The notes under the pieces are model-generated. The model searched no databases. It had not been told where the DNA came from and saw nothing but the letters and a program-made list of their open reading frames with translations. Positions 27,316 through 36,369 of a DNA stretch of 64,000 nt are shown in pieces. This DNA comes from Gemmatimonas sp. (lineage in GTDB: Bacteria > Gemmatimonadota > Gemmatimonadetes > Gemmatimonadales > Gemmatimonadaceae): assembly GCA_965279375.1 (NCBI GenBank), contig OZ257156.1, forward strand, positions 1,920,001 through 1,984,000. The letters are read 5' to 3'. Every line of letters starts with the position of its first letter. Positions within the stretch are counted from its first letter, which is position 1. The translations under genes were made by a program, and so were the position numbers.

Positions 27316-28623
27316 ATGCGGTCATCGACGAAGCGCCCGCAGGGTGCGCGGGCAGCGGTCGGTTGGCCGCTGCTCATCTGTATCTCTTCATTGTGGCTCT
27401 TGCTGCTGGCGATGGGTTGCCAGACGGAGCGGGCGGTTACCGCGCCGGAAACCGCCGTCGCGATCAGCCTGAGCCCCCTGTCGTCCACCATTCCCACCGG
27501 CGGCGCGGTGCAGCTCAATGCGTACGCGGTCGACAAGGCCGGTGCGCGTGTCTCCTCATCGCCGCTAACCTACCGTAGCAGCGACACGTCCATTGCGGTG
27601 GTGTCCGCTTCGGGATTGGTCACGGGCCGGCGACCCGGTTCCGTGCGCGTGTCGGCGGCGTCCGACGCAGGGCTCGACGCCTCGGTGTCGGTGTTCGTTA
27701 CGGCGGTACCGGCGCCGATCCGTGTGCGTCTCGGCGGTCCCGATGTGCAGGCAACGCGTACCGGCCCGGTGTATCTGCTGCATGGCAGTGGCCCGCCGGT
27801 GCCAGCTGCATTCACGGCGGCGGCGAGACAGCTGGGCGGAGCCCGCATCGACGTGGTGGTGCTTGCGGCGTCGCTTCCCACCAGCGGGAGTACGACGCCG
27901 GAGTGCGATGCCATCATGGATGTAGCGCTGGTGAACTCGTGCGAGACCATCACGATCAGCGATCGCACCGGCGCGGATGATCCGCTGGTACGGTTAGCCA
28001 TCGATGCGGCTGAGCTGGTGTACTTCGCCGGCGGCGACCAATGCCGCTACATGGCCTGGGCGGGCAGCGCATTGATCGTTGGCGTGCGAAACGTGGTTGC
28101 CCGTGGCGGCGCCGTCGGCGGCGGCAGCGCCGGCCTGGCCATTCAGGGAGAGTTTGTCCATGACGGGTGCAACGGCAGCCCGACGTCGGCGACCGCACTG
28201 CGCGATCCGTTCTCCGCCTCGATCGGACTGACTGGCGGTCTCTTTGCCTGGGCGCCGCTCGCCGGCGTCATCACCGATTCGCACTTCGTCGCACGCGATC
28301 GCATGGGTCGGCTGATGTCCTTCGTCTCTCGGATCGCCGCCGAGCGCTCGCTGGCCACCGTGTGGGGGCTGGGTGTGGAAGAGGGGGCGGCCGTGGTCAT
28401 CGATCGTGCTGGCGACGCGACGGTTTTTGGCGGGCCGGCCTATGTCGTTCGCTCGGCGACGAGCGCGGTGGCGAAGCCCGGACAGCCGTTGGACGCGATC
28501 GGCTTTCGCGTGAGTCGCTTCGCTCCCGGTGACCACTGGTCGTTCGAGGCGCGGTCGCTCACCGGGTTCTGGTCACGCGACGTGAAGCGGGGGCTCCTCG
28601 ACGGGAATGCGTATTCGCCGTAA
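27316..28623 (+). CDS. Cyanophycinase-like peptidase S51 lipoprotein with an N-terminal Ig-like (Big_2) domain
   Basis: LLAMG-C lipobox, Ig-like YRSSDTSIAVVSASGLVTG, FAGGDQ, GGSAG (Ser), TDSHF..RDRMGRL (His) and GVEE (Glu). The start is uncertain (27133-27316). Confidence 0.8.
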   Translation: MRSSTKRPQGARAAVGWPLLICISSLWLLLLAMGCQTERAVTAPETAVAISLSPLSSTIPTGGAVQLNAYAVDKAGARVSSSPLTYRSSDTSIAVVSASGLVTGRRPGSVRVSAASDAGLDASVSVFVTAVPAPIRVRLGGPDVQATRTGPVYLLHGSGPPVPAAFTAAARQLGGARIDVVVLAASLPTSGSTTPECDAIMDVALVNSCETITISDRTGADDPLVRLAIDAAELVYFAGGDQCRYMAWAGSALIVGVRNVVARGGAVGGGSAGLAIQGEFVHDGCNGSPTSATALRDPFSASIGLTGGLFAWAPLAGVITDSHFVARDRMGRLMSFVSRIAAERSLATVWGLGVEEGAAVVIDRAGDATVFGGPAYVVRSATSAVAKPGQPLDAIGFRVSRFAPGDHWSFEARSLTGFWSRDVKRGLLDGNAYSP

Positions 28624-28661
28624 GGCGCATTCGTGAAGTTCGGCGAGGTCGTCTTTGGTGA

Positions 28662-28723
28662 CCGGTTACGCCGTTCGCTGTTCGGTAACCGGCTGAACCG
28701 GATGGAGCGAACGGCGTCACCGG
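28662..28723. other. Long inverted repeat between the S51 gene and msrP
   Basis: CCGGTTACGCCGTTCGCT (28662-28679) pairs with AGCGAACGGCGTCACCGG (28706-28723) at 17/18 positions. Confidence 0.7.
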
Positions 28724-28738
28724 ATGCATCCCAGCACC

Positions 28739-28763
28739 GAACCATCCGGCGTTCTCGGACGTA
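28739..28763 (+). promoter_or_regulatory. Candidate ECF-sigma promoter of msrPQ
   Basis: GAACC-N16-CGTA. The same pattern occurs at 43911. Confidence 0.5.
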
Positions 28764-28805
28764 TACTCAATGCCGTGCCTTGGCCCGACCCTCACCCGCC
28801 AGACC

Positions 28806-29723
28806 ATGCTCATTCGCCGTCCCGACGACATTCCGTCCTCGCAGATCACGCCGGAGTCCGTGTACCTGAACCGGCGCTCCTTCATGGGTGCCGCCGGCAC
28901 GCTCGCCCTCGGTGCTGCGCTGACGCCGAGCGCCTTGCAGGCGCTCTCGGCGACCGGCATGGGGCAGCAGCTCAAGGTGACAGACGAAGAAGACGCCACC
29001 AGCTACAACAACTACTACGAGTTCGGCACTGGTAAGGAGGAGCCGAAGGAGCAGGCGGCCAACTTCCGGACCAAGCCGTGGACGGTGGCGATCGAAGGGC
29101 TGGTGAAGGCGCCCAAGACGTTCGCGCTCGACGATCTGCTCAAGGGGCTGCCTCTGCAGGACAAGATCTATCGCCACCGCTGCGTGGAAGCGTGGTCGAT
29201 GGTCATTCCGTGGCAGGGTGTTCAGCTCAAGGACATCATCGCCAAGTGCGAGCCGCTGCCCAGCGCCAAGTTCATCGAGATGACGACGCTGCTGGACCCG
29301 AGCCGGATGCCGGGGCAGACGCGCGGAGTGCTGCCGTGGCCGTACAAGGAAGCGATCCGGCTGGACGAGGCGATGAACCCGCTCGCGATGCTGGCGACGG
29401 GCATGTATGGCAAGTCGCTGCCGCCGCAGAATGGCGCGCCGCTTCGCCTCGTGGTTCCGTGGAAGTACGGCTTCAAGGGCGTCAAGTCGATCGTCAAGAT
29501 CCGCTTCACCGACAAGCAGCCCAACACCACGTGGAATGACGTCCGCGCGAGCGAGTACGGCTTCTACGCCAACGTCAATCCGACCGTAGACCACCCGCGC
29601 TGGAGCCAGGCCAAGGAGCGCCCCATCGGCGCGTTCCTCAAGCAGCCGACGCTGATGTTCAACGGCTATGCCGAACAGGTGGCGTCCCTCTACACGGGCA
29701 TGGACCTGAGGAAGTTCTATTGA
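28806..29723 (+). CDS. msrP: Protein-methionine-sulfoxide reductase catalytic subunit MsrP
   Basis: SSQITPESVYLNRRSFM Tat signal, YNNYYEFG, RCVEAWSMVIPW, QNGAPLRLVVPWKYGFK and HPRWSQA. Confidence 0.96.
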   Translation: MLIRRPDDIPSSQITPESVYLNRRSFMGAAGTLALGAALTPSALQALSATGMGQQLKVTDEEDATSYNNYYEFGTGKEEPKEQAANFRTKPWTVAIEGLVKAPKTFALDDLLKGLPLQDKIYRHRCVEAWSMVIPWQGVQLKDIIAKCEPLPSAKFIEMTTLLDPSRMPGQTRGVLPWPYKEAIRLDEAMNPLAMLATGMYGKSLPPQNGAPLRLVVPWKYGFKGVKSIVKIRFTDKQPNTTWNDVRASEYGFYANVNPTVDHPRWSQAKERPIGAFLKQPTLMFNGYAEQVASLYTGMDLRKFY

Positions 29724-30385
29724 CGTGGGCGGCTGTCGACGGGTGGCTCCAGCCGAAGCTCAAGCCAGCTGAGCCGCTCGTCCGCCGGTGGATTCACCCG
29801 GCGATGTGGGCGCTGGTGACGGTGCCGGTGGTGGCGATGATCGCGATGTACCCGCTGGGCATGCTGGGCGCGAACCCGATCCGGGAGCTGGAGCACTTCT
29901 CGGGCGAGTGGGCGCTGCGTCTGTTGGCCTGCTCGCTCGCCGTCACGCCGTTGATCAAGCTGACGCGCTGGGGCTTCCTCATTCCAGAACGCAGGTTTCT
30001 CGGGCTGGCGACGTTCTACTGGGCCGCGCTGCATCTGAGCATCTACATCGGGCTGGACATGTTCTTCGACGTGAGTGACATCGTCGAGGATGTCCTCAAG
30101 CACCTGTACATCACCGTCGGGATGCTGTCGTTCCTGCTGATGGTGCCGCTGGCCATCACCTCCACCAAGGGGTGGATCAAGCGGTTGGGCGGCAAGAAGT
30201 GGAATGCGTTGCACCGCTTGGTCTATGTCTCGGCCGTGGCGGGATGCGTGCATTACATCTGGGGAGTCAAGAAAGACGTCGAGGAGCCGATCATGTATGC
30301 ATCGGTATTCGTCGTGCTCTTCGCTTTTCGCCTCCTCTGGAAACGGGGCAGCACGGGAACGCGGGCCACCGCCCGCCCTGCGTAG
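29720..30385 (+). CDS. msrQ: Heme-binding subunit MsrQ
   Basis: LGANP..HFSGEWAL, RRFLGLATF.Y..LH, PLAITS and WNALHRLVY. Coupled to msrP. Confidence 0.94.
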   Translation: MTWAAVDGWLQPKLKPAEPLVRRWIHPAMWALVTVPVVAMIAMYPLGMLGANPIRELEHFSGEWALRLLACSLAVTPLIKLTRWGFLIPERRFLGLATFYWAALHLSIYIGLDMFFDVSDIVEDVLKHLYITVGMLSFLLMVPLAITSTKGWIKRLGGKKWNALHRLVYVSAVAGCVHYIWGVKKDVEEPIMYASVFVVLFAFRLLWKRGSTGTRATARPA

Positions 30386-30412
30386 GGCCGATCGTCCCCT
30401 TTCCCCGGTCCC

Positions 30413-33253
30413 ATGCCCCAACCCGTCGACGTGAGCGTTCGTCGTTCGGGCCACAATCCGACCTTGGGTGCCGGACTCTCCGCGGTTGGGGGACCGGTCG
30501 TTCCGATCCATCGCCTCCTGCGACCTCGCGAGCAGGCGCTGCTCATCGGCTTGGTCGGATATGCGGCCCTGATGGCAGCGTGGCTCGCCACAGGTGCTCA
30601 GATCGGGGCAACCGCAGCCAGCTTTCGACTGCTGGCCGTTCAGGCGATCACGATCGCAGCGGTAGTGCTGGCGCTGCGCATTTCGCAGGAACGCGCGCTC
30701 GACCACGGGGCCCGTCGGTTCTGGACGGCGATCGGTGTGTCGCAAGCGTTCGCGCTGGTCTTCTCGCTGGCAGATCACGTGGCGCTCGCAGGACGTGGGC
30801 CGGTGGCGGCCGCGGCGCCGCTGCTCGTGCACGGTGTGCTGCTCTACGGAGTGTTGCAGCTGCCAAGTGCCCCGCGCACCTCACTCGACCGGGTGAAGCT
30901 CGCGCTTGATTGCGCCACGGTCGCGGTTGGCGGGCTGCTCGTTCTCTGGTTTGACTACTTCGCCGTCCTCGCGCCCTCGGCGAGTGGATTGGCGCTGCCG
31001 TTCGTCATGGCGCATGTGGAGGCGCTGGCCGAACTCGTCTTGATTCTCGTGGCGTCGCAGGTATGGCGTCGCACCGCGCTGCAGCATCGCGCGAATGTCG
31101 TCGTGATCATCGCCGTGGCGCTGCTGGTGCACTTCCTGTCGCATGTCGCGACCGTTGTGGAATTGACGCGCGGACATCAGCTGCACGACTGGAGCGCGCT
31201 CGGCACGCCGATCAGCACGGGTCTGCTCGTCGCCGCGGCGATGATCAAGCTGTGGACCATGTCGCAACGTCAGGTTCGTCCGAGCGCGCTGGCCGCAGAG
31301 CGTACGGAAAGCACCAGTCTGATTCCGTATGCCGCGGTGCTCCCCGGCTTCTGCCTGCTGCTCAAGGCGGCGACCGAGCATGGCGCGCAACCGCTGCTCG
31401 GATTGGCAATCGGCTCGGTGGTGTTGGCGGCGCTTGCGTTTGCGCGACAGGCGGCCTCCACGCGCGAGACGATTCGCGTGATGACCGAATCGACGGCACG
31501 CATCAGCGAAGCGCGCTTCAGCGCGCTGGTGCAGCACTCGAGCGATGTCATCACGATTCTCGATCCCGACGGCACGATTCGCTACGCGAGTCCGTCGATG
31601 GCTGCCGTGCTCGGACACGATCCGGCGCGACTGGCGAATACGTCCATCGTGGCGCTGCTGCACCCTGAAGATGCGCCGGGCGCTCTGCAGTTTCTGGCGG
31701 AGCTCGCGCGCAGCACGCGTGCGCGCACGGGTCCGCGCGCAGGATTCGGCACGGGCACGCTCAAGCGCGAGTGGCGTTTGGCACACGCCAACGGTGATTG
31801 GATGACCATGGACAACGTGGGCACCAATCTGCTCGCCGAGCCGGTCATCAATGGCCTGGTGCTCAATACGCGCGACGTGACCGAGCAGAGCGTCATCAAG
31901 GCGCAGTACATGCACCAGGCGTTCCACGATCCGCTCACCGATCTCGCGAATCGCTCGCTGTTCCTGTATCAGGTGGGGCATGCACTCGCGCGGGCGTCGC
32001 GCATGGGGCAGCCGGTCACGGTGCTCTTCCTCGATCTCGACAACTTCAAGACGGTCAACGATTCGCTGGGCCATGCGGCCGGCGATCGCCTGCTGGTGGA
32101 TGCGGCGCGCCGCCTGGCGCAGTGCGTGCGCGACAGCGACCTGATCGCCCGCCTGGGCGGCGACGAGTTCGCCGTGCTGGTGGAGGACGCCGACAACGTG
32201 CGCGATGTGCTGGTCATCGCCGAACGCGTTGCCGCCGCACTGGGCAAGCCGTTCATGCTGGGCGGCAAGGAAGTGTTCGTGAGCGCGAGCGTGGGTATCG
32301 CGCGTACGGAGCCGGGAGAGACGGCGGACGAACTGGTGCGCAACGCTGACGTGGCGATGTACGTGGCCAAGACGCGCGGCAAGGGACAGTGCGTCTTCTT
32401 CGAGCCGCAGATGCACACGGCGGCGTTGGAACGGCTGGTGGTCGAAGCCGATCTGCGACGCGCCATCGAGCATGAAGAGTTCTTCCTGCAGTATCAGCCG
32501 ATCGTGTTGCTTGGCACGGGCGAGATCATCGGCGCCGAGGCGCTGGTGCGCTGGTGCTGCCGCGAACGCGGCACGGTACCGCCGGGCGTGTTCATTCCCA
32601 TCGCCGAGGAGACCGGACTGATTTCGGCGATCGGGCGCTGGGTGCTGCGACGCGCGTGCCGCACCGCCAAGCAGTGGGAGAAGGAACGCGGCCACCCGAT
32701 GCGCATCACTGTGAATCTCTCAGGGCGGCAGCTGCAGGAGCCGGGGATCGTGGAGGAGGTGCGGCAGGCACTGGCCGATTCCGGATTGGACGCCAGGCAT
32801 CTCGTCCTCGAGATCACCGAGAGCATGTTGATGCACAACACCGAGATGGCGCTGGCGCGCCTCACCGCGCTCAAGGCGCTGGGCGTTTCGCTGGCAATCG
32901 ACGATTTCGGCACCGGATATTCCTCCCTGAGCTACCTCCAGCGCTATCCGATCGACATTCTCAAGATCGACAAGTCGTTCGTGGATGTCATCGACAAGGG
33001 AGGCGAAGGACCGGTACTGGCCAGCGCGATCGTGGCATTGGGGGAAACGTTGCGGATGAACACCGTGGCGGAAGGCATCGAAACCGAGGCGCAGCGTGGC
33101 CATCTGATCGAGCTCGGTTGCGAGCTTGGCCAAGGCTACCTGTTCGCGCCGCCGCTCGACGCCGAGGATTTCTGGAAGATCCTCGTGACCCGTGGCGCCC
33201 GATCGTACGAAGCCAAGCGTCGGCGTCGCGAACATGGTGCACAAGCCGCATAA
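30413..33253 (+). CDS. Membrane PAS-GGDEF-EAL c-di-GMP enzyme
   Basis: Multiple TM segments, PAS (LVQHSSDVI), RDSD I-site plus GGDEF, EALVRW and DDFGTGYSSL. The start is uncertain. Confidence 0.93.
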   Translation: MPQPVDVSVRRSGHNPTLGAGLSAVGGPVVPIHRLLRPREQALLIGLVGYAALMAAWLATGAQIGATAASFRLLAVQAITIAAVVLALRISQERALDHGARRFWTAIGVSQAFALVFSLADHVALAGRGPVAAAAPLLVHGVLLYGVLQLPSAPRTSLDRVKLALDCATVAVGGLLVLWFDYFAVLAPSASGLALPFVMAHVEALAELVLILVASQVWRRTALQHRANVVVIIAVALLVHFLSHVATVVELTRGHQLHDWSALGTPISTGLLVAAAMIKLWTMSQRQVRPSALAAERTESTSLIPYAAVLPGFCLLLKAATEHGAQPLLGLAIGSVVLAALAFARQAASTRETIRVMTESTARISEARFSALVQHSSDVITILDPDGTIRYASPSMAAVLGHDPARLANTSIVALLHPEDAPGALQFLAELARSTRARTGPRAGFGTGTLKREWRLAHANGDWMTMDNVGTNLLAEPVINGLVLNTRDVTEQSVIKAQYMHQAFHDPLTDLANRSLFLYQVGHALARASRMGQPVTVLFLDLDNFKTVNDSLGHAAGDRLLVDAARRLAQCVRDSDLIARLGGDEFAVLVEDADNVRDVLVIAERVAAALGKPFMLGGKEVFVSASVGIARTEPGETADELVRNADVAMYVAKTRGKGQCVFFEPQMHTAALERLVVEADLRRAIEHEEFFLQYQPIVLLGTGEIIGAEALVRWCCRERGTVPPGVFIPIAEETGLISAIGRWVLRRACRTAKQWEKERGHPMRITVNLSGRQLQEPGIVEEVRQALADSGLDARHLVLEITESMLMHNTEMALARLTALKALGVSLAIDDFGTGYSSLSYLQRYPIDILKIDKSFVDVIDKGGEGPVLASAIVALGETLRMNTVAEGIETEAQRGHLIELGCELGQGYLFAPPLDAEDFWKILVTRGARSYEAKRRRREHGAQAA

Positions 33254-34454
33254 GGAAGTACCGCAACTCCTCGATTGCTTCATCGTGACGGCGCCAGGGC
33301 TCGCGCCGTTGGTGGCCGCCGAGTGCACCGCGATCGGCATCACGCCGCGCGACGTGACCGATGCCGGTGTCGCGTTCGATGGCACCTTGGCCGACGTGCT
33401 GCAGGTGAACCTGTGGTCGCGCATGGCGAGTCGTGTGCTGATGCGGCTGGCGTCGTTCGAGGCGCGCGACTTCGCGACGCTCGAGAAGCAGGCGCAGAAG
33501 GTGCCGTGGGCGCGTGTGCTGCAACGCGGCATGACGGCGCGGCTGCGCGTGACCTGTCGCAAATCCAAGCTGTATCACTCGGATGCCGTCGCCGAGCGCG
33601 TTGCGCGCGGTATCGAGCGCTCGGTGGCTGGGGTGGAGATCGATCTGCGCGGGCGTGAGGACGAAGAGGGCGACGATCTGCCGCCGGCGCAACTCATCGT
33701 GGTGCGCTTCGATCACGATCGCTGCACCATCAGCGCGGACAGTTCGGGCGAGTTGCTGCATCGTCGCGGATGGCGCCAGGCGGTGGCCAAGGCGCCGCTG
33801 CGCGAGACACTGGCGGCCGCGATGCTTGTCGCGAGCGAATGGGACGGCAACCGACCGTTAGTCGATCCGTTCTGTGGATCGGGAACGATTGGTATCGAAG
33901 CGGCGCTGCGCGTGCGGAACATCGCGCCAGGGCTCGAGCGCGCCTTTGCGCTGGAAGCGTGGCCCGGAACCGATGCGGCGATGGTGCGTGCGGCGCGCGA
34001 GGCCGCACGTGCGCAGGCGAAGCCGTCGAGCGGTGTGCAGATTCTGCTGGCCGATCGCGATGCCGGCGCGTGTGATGCGGCGGTGGCGAATGCGGAGCGT
34101 GCCGGCGTGCTGGGCGACGTGATCATCGCGCAGCAGGCGCTGTCGGATGCCGATTTGGCGGCTGTTGGCCCGGAGGGTTTGGTGCTCACCAACCCGCCGT
34201 ACGGACTGCGCGTGACCGACAAGAGCGATATCCGTTCGCTCTACGCGCGATTGGGCGATGTCTTGCGCGCGGGCGGGAAGGGGTGGCAGGTGGCGATGCT
34301 GATCCCCGACAAGCAGTTGGTCGCGCAGCTCAAGGTGCCGTACGACACCGTGCTGCGCACCGCGAACGGTGGGCTCGCGGTGAGTGTGGAGATGACGCGA
34401 GCGGCGTCTACTCGCTCGGCGACTACTCGTGCCGGATCGCGTCGATCGGACTGA
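33234..34454 (+). CDS. THUMP-domain class I SAM-dependent RNA methyltransferase (RlmL N-terminal-like)
   Basis: TAPGL, NLWSRMASRVL, LHRRGWR..APLRETLAAA, DPFCGSGT and NPPYG. Confidence 0.9.
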   Translation: MVHKPHKEVPQLLDCFIVTAPGLAPLVAAECTAIGITPRDVTDAGVAFDGTLADVLQVNLWSRMASRVLMRLASFEARDFATLEKQAQKVPWARVLQRGMTARLRVTCRKSKLYHSDAVAERVARGIERSVAGVEIDLRGREDEEGDDLPPAQLIVVRFDHDRCTISADSSGELLHRRGWRQAVAKAPLRETLAAAMLVASEWDGNRPLVDPFCGSGTIGIEAALRVRNIAPGLERAFALEAWPGTDAAMVRAAREAARAQAKPSSGVQILLADRDAGACDAAVANAERAGVLGDVIIAQQALSDADLAAVGPEGLVLTNPPYGLRVTDKSDIRSLYARLGDVLRAGGKGWQVAMLIPDKQLVAQLKVPYDTVLRTANGGLAVSVEMTRAASTRSATTRAGSRRSD

Positions 34455-35682
34455 GGCGCGACGCACGACGCGCGGGGTAGGTCCCGAAGATCAGGCCGAT
34501 CGACGCCGCAGATCCCACAGCCACCAGTATGGTGCTGGGTGCGATGGCAAACGTGAGCGTCTCCGCACCCGACCAGACGCGAATGCCGGCCACCGCGCCT
34601 GCGGTGATGGTGGAGCCCAGCGCGACTCCGAGGACACTGCCGACGCACGCGACCATCACGGCCTCGGTCAGGAACTGCACGCGAATGTCGTCGTTGCGCG
34701 CACCCAGCGCTTTGCGGATGCCGATTTCCCGCGTTCGCTCCGTCACGTTGGCGAGCATGATGTTCATGATGCCGATGCCGCCCACGAGCAACGAGATCCC
34801 CGCGAGCGTACCAAGAAACAGCTTCATCACGCCGAAGCCCTGCGAGACCTGCTCGAGCTGCTTCTCGCTGGCGATGATTTCAACCTTCGACGACCAGTCG
34901 CGATAGCGCGCGGCCATCCAGTCTTCAATGCCGGCCTGCATGTCGTGCAGCGACTCGACGGTGCGCGCCTGCAGCAGCATTTGCGGTGCGACTTGTCCGT
35001 ATCCCGGCCCGAAGACAGCGCTCGCCGCAGCGTACGGCACGCGCGCGTTGTATCCGTATTCGCCGGTGTACGACGCAAAGATGCCGATCACCTGTCGTGG
35101 CAGACCTCGCACGCGCACCCACTCGTCCAGCATCGACTCCGCGGGGCGACCCGCCGCCAGCTCCGCCGCGAGACGATGCGACAGGAGGATGACCGGGGCG
35201 TTGTGCACTGCCTCAGCGGCGGTGAACGGTCGGCCCACGGCAAGATCGGTTTGTCCAAACGCATCGATGCCGGCGGTGGTCGCCGTGATGCTGACCTGGC
35301 GTTGCTTCCCCGACCTGAGCCACGCGATGCGGGCGGACCCCGAACGCACGATCGCCGCACCGCGCACCATCGGCAGCGCGCGCTGCAACGCGTCGAGATG
35401 TGTGGGCGAGAACTCCGGGGCATCGCGAACCGCCACCCATTCGCCGTCCACAAGGATTCGCGATCGCGCCTGCACCGTGACCGACTGCACGTCGGTGGTG
35501 CGCGCGAGTTCGCGGCGGACGTACGCCTCCATCGCATCGCCCAGCGACAACACCGACACCAGCGCGCCCACGCCCACGATCACGCCGAGCGTCGAGAGGA
35601 TGGTACGAAGCACATTCTCGCTCAGGGCGCTCAGTCCGACGCGCGCAGCGATGCCGACGGACGACAGCACGGACCGCTTCAA
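34423..35682 (-). CDS. MacB/FtsX-like ABC transporter permease
   Basis: RTILSTLGVIVGV, ISLLVGGIGIMNIML..VTERTREIGIRKALGA and PARRASRLSPIDAIRHE. Confidence 0.93.
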   Translation of the reverse strand: MKRSVLSSVGIAARVGLSALSENVLRTILSTLGVIVGVGALVSVLSLGDAMEAYVRRELARTTDVQSVTVQARSRILVDGEWVAVRDAPEFSPTHLDALQRALPMVRGAAIVRSGSARIAWLRSGKQRQVSITATTAGIDAFGQTDLAVGRPFTAAEAVHNAPVILLSHRLAAELAAGRPAESMLDEWVRVRGLPRQVIGIFASYTGEYGYNARVPYAAASAVFGPGYGQVAPQMLLQARTVESLHDMQAGIEDWMAARYRDWSSKVEIIASEKQLEQVSQGFGVMKLFLGTLAGISLLVGGIGIMNIMLANVTERTREIGIRKALGARNDDIRVQFLTEAVMVACVGSVLGVALGSTITAGAVAGIRVWSGAETLTFAIAPSTILVAVGSAASIGLIFGTYPARRASRLSPIDAIRHE

Positions 35683-35817
35683 ACATCCTCCGGCGGGTGG
35701 GAGACCAGACGCGCCGTCAGGCGCATGCAGCCGGCAAGTCGGAAGGGAGACGGGACAGCGGCGCCTGTCACCTACGCTAGAGCGCGGCGGAAGATTCCGG
35801 CCAGCGCCCCGGAAGCG

Positions 35818-36261
35818 TCAGACGCGGAAGTAGTCCGCCCGCCACTGCTTGACCGACTGCTTGATCTCCTTGGGCTTGATCGCCGGATTCGCGAGGATCT
35901 TGCGCACGAGCTCGGGGACTTCGGCGTCCGAGGCAAAGCGCAGCGCGATGAGCTGCGACGGACGAAGCTCGTCCACGCGGGACTGCAGGTCGGTGGGGAG
36001 AATCCGCGTCAAGCGCAGCCGCTCCTCCAGTCGGATGATCCGATCCTGCGCCTTGAGCGGTGAGATGCGCACGTACGCGATTGCGCCGAAGATCGCGAGC
36101 GCACCGACCAGCGCGTAGGCCGTATCTGCACCCGGAGTGCGCACCAACCGAACGATCGACCAGATCACGTAGGCGAGTCCGAGCGGCGTCGTGATGTAGT
36201 GGTAACCCGGGACCATCTGGGCATGGTTGCTGAAATTCTGTCCGCTTTCGGTGGCCATCAT
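35818..36261 (-). CDS. Small membrane protein (DUF6526-like)
   Basis: QNFSNH...PGYHY, two TM segments, QDRIIRLEERLR, LIALRFASD.E and W+ADYFRV. Confidence 0.8.
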   Translation of the reverse strand: MMATESGQNFSNHAQMVPGYHYITTPLGLAYVIWSIVRLVRTPGADTAYALVGALAIFGAIAYVRISPLKAQDRIIRLEERLRLTRILPTDLQSRVDELRPSQLIALRFASDAEVPELVRKILANPAIKPKEIKQSVKQWRADYFRV

Positions 36262-36369
36262 GCGTCTCGGTGGGGTGATGAGCAGTGGGATCGGCCGTAA
36301 GTTATCCTCGTCACGTCCCAGCAGGACGCGACGCATCCGCTCCGCCCCGCCCTCCAACCCGATCCTGCC

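Noticed and set aside
28624..28805. Moco riboswitch upstream of the molybdoenzyme msrP
   Set aside because: I could not see the conserved Moco-RNA elements (GNRA tetraloop/receptor arrangement, GCCUCC near the SD). An Infernal scan would settle it.
34423..35682. MacB-like permease without an adjacent ATPase, considered a broken system
   Set aside because: The ORF is intact, and stand-alone MacB-like permeases that share a distant ATPase are common.
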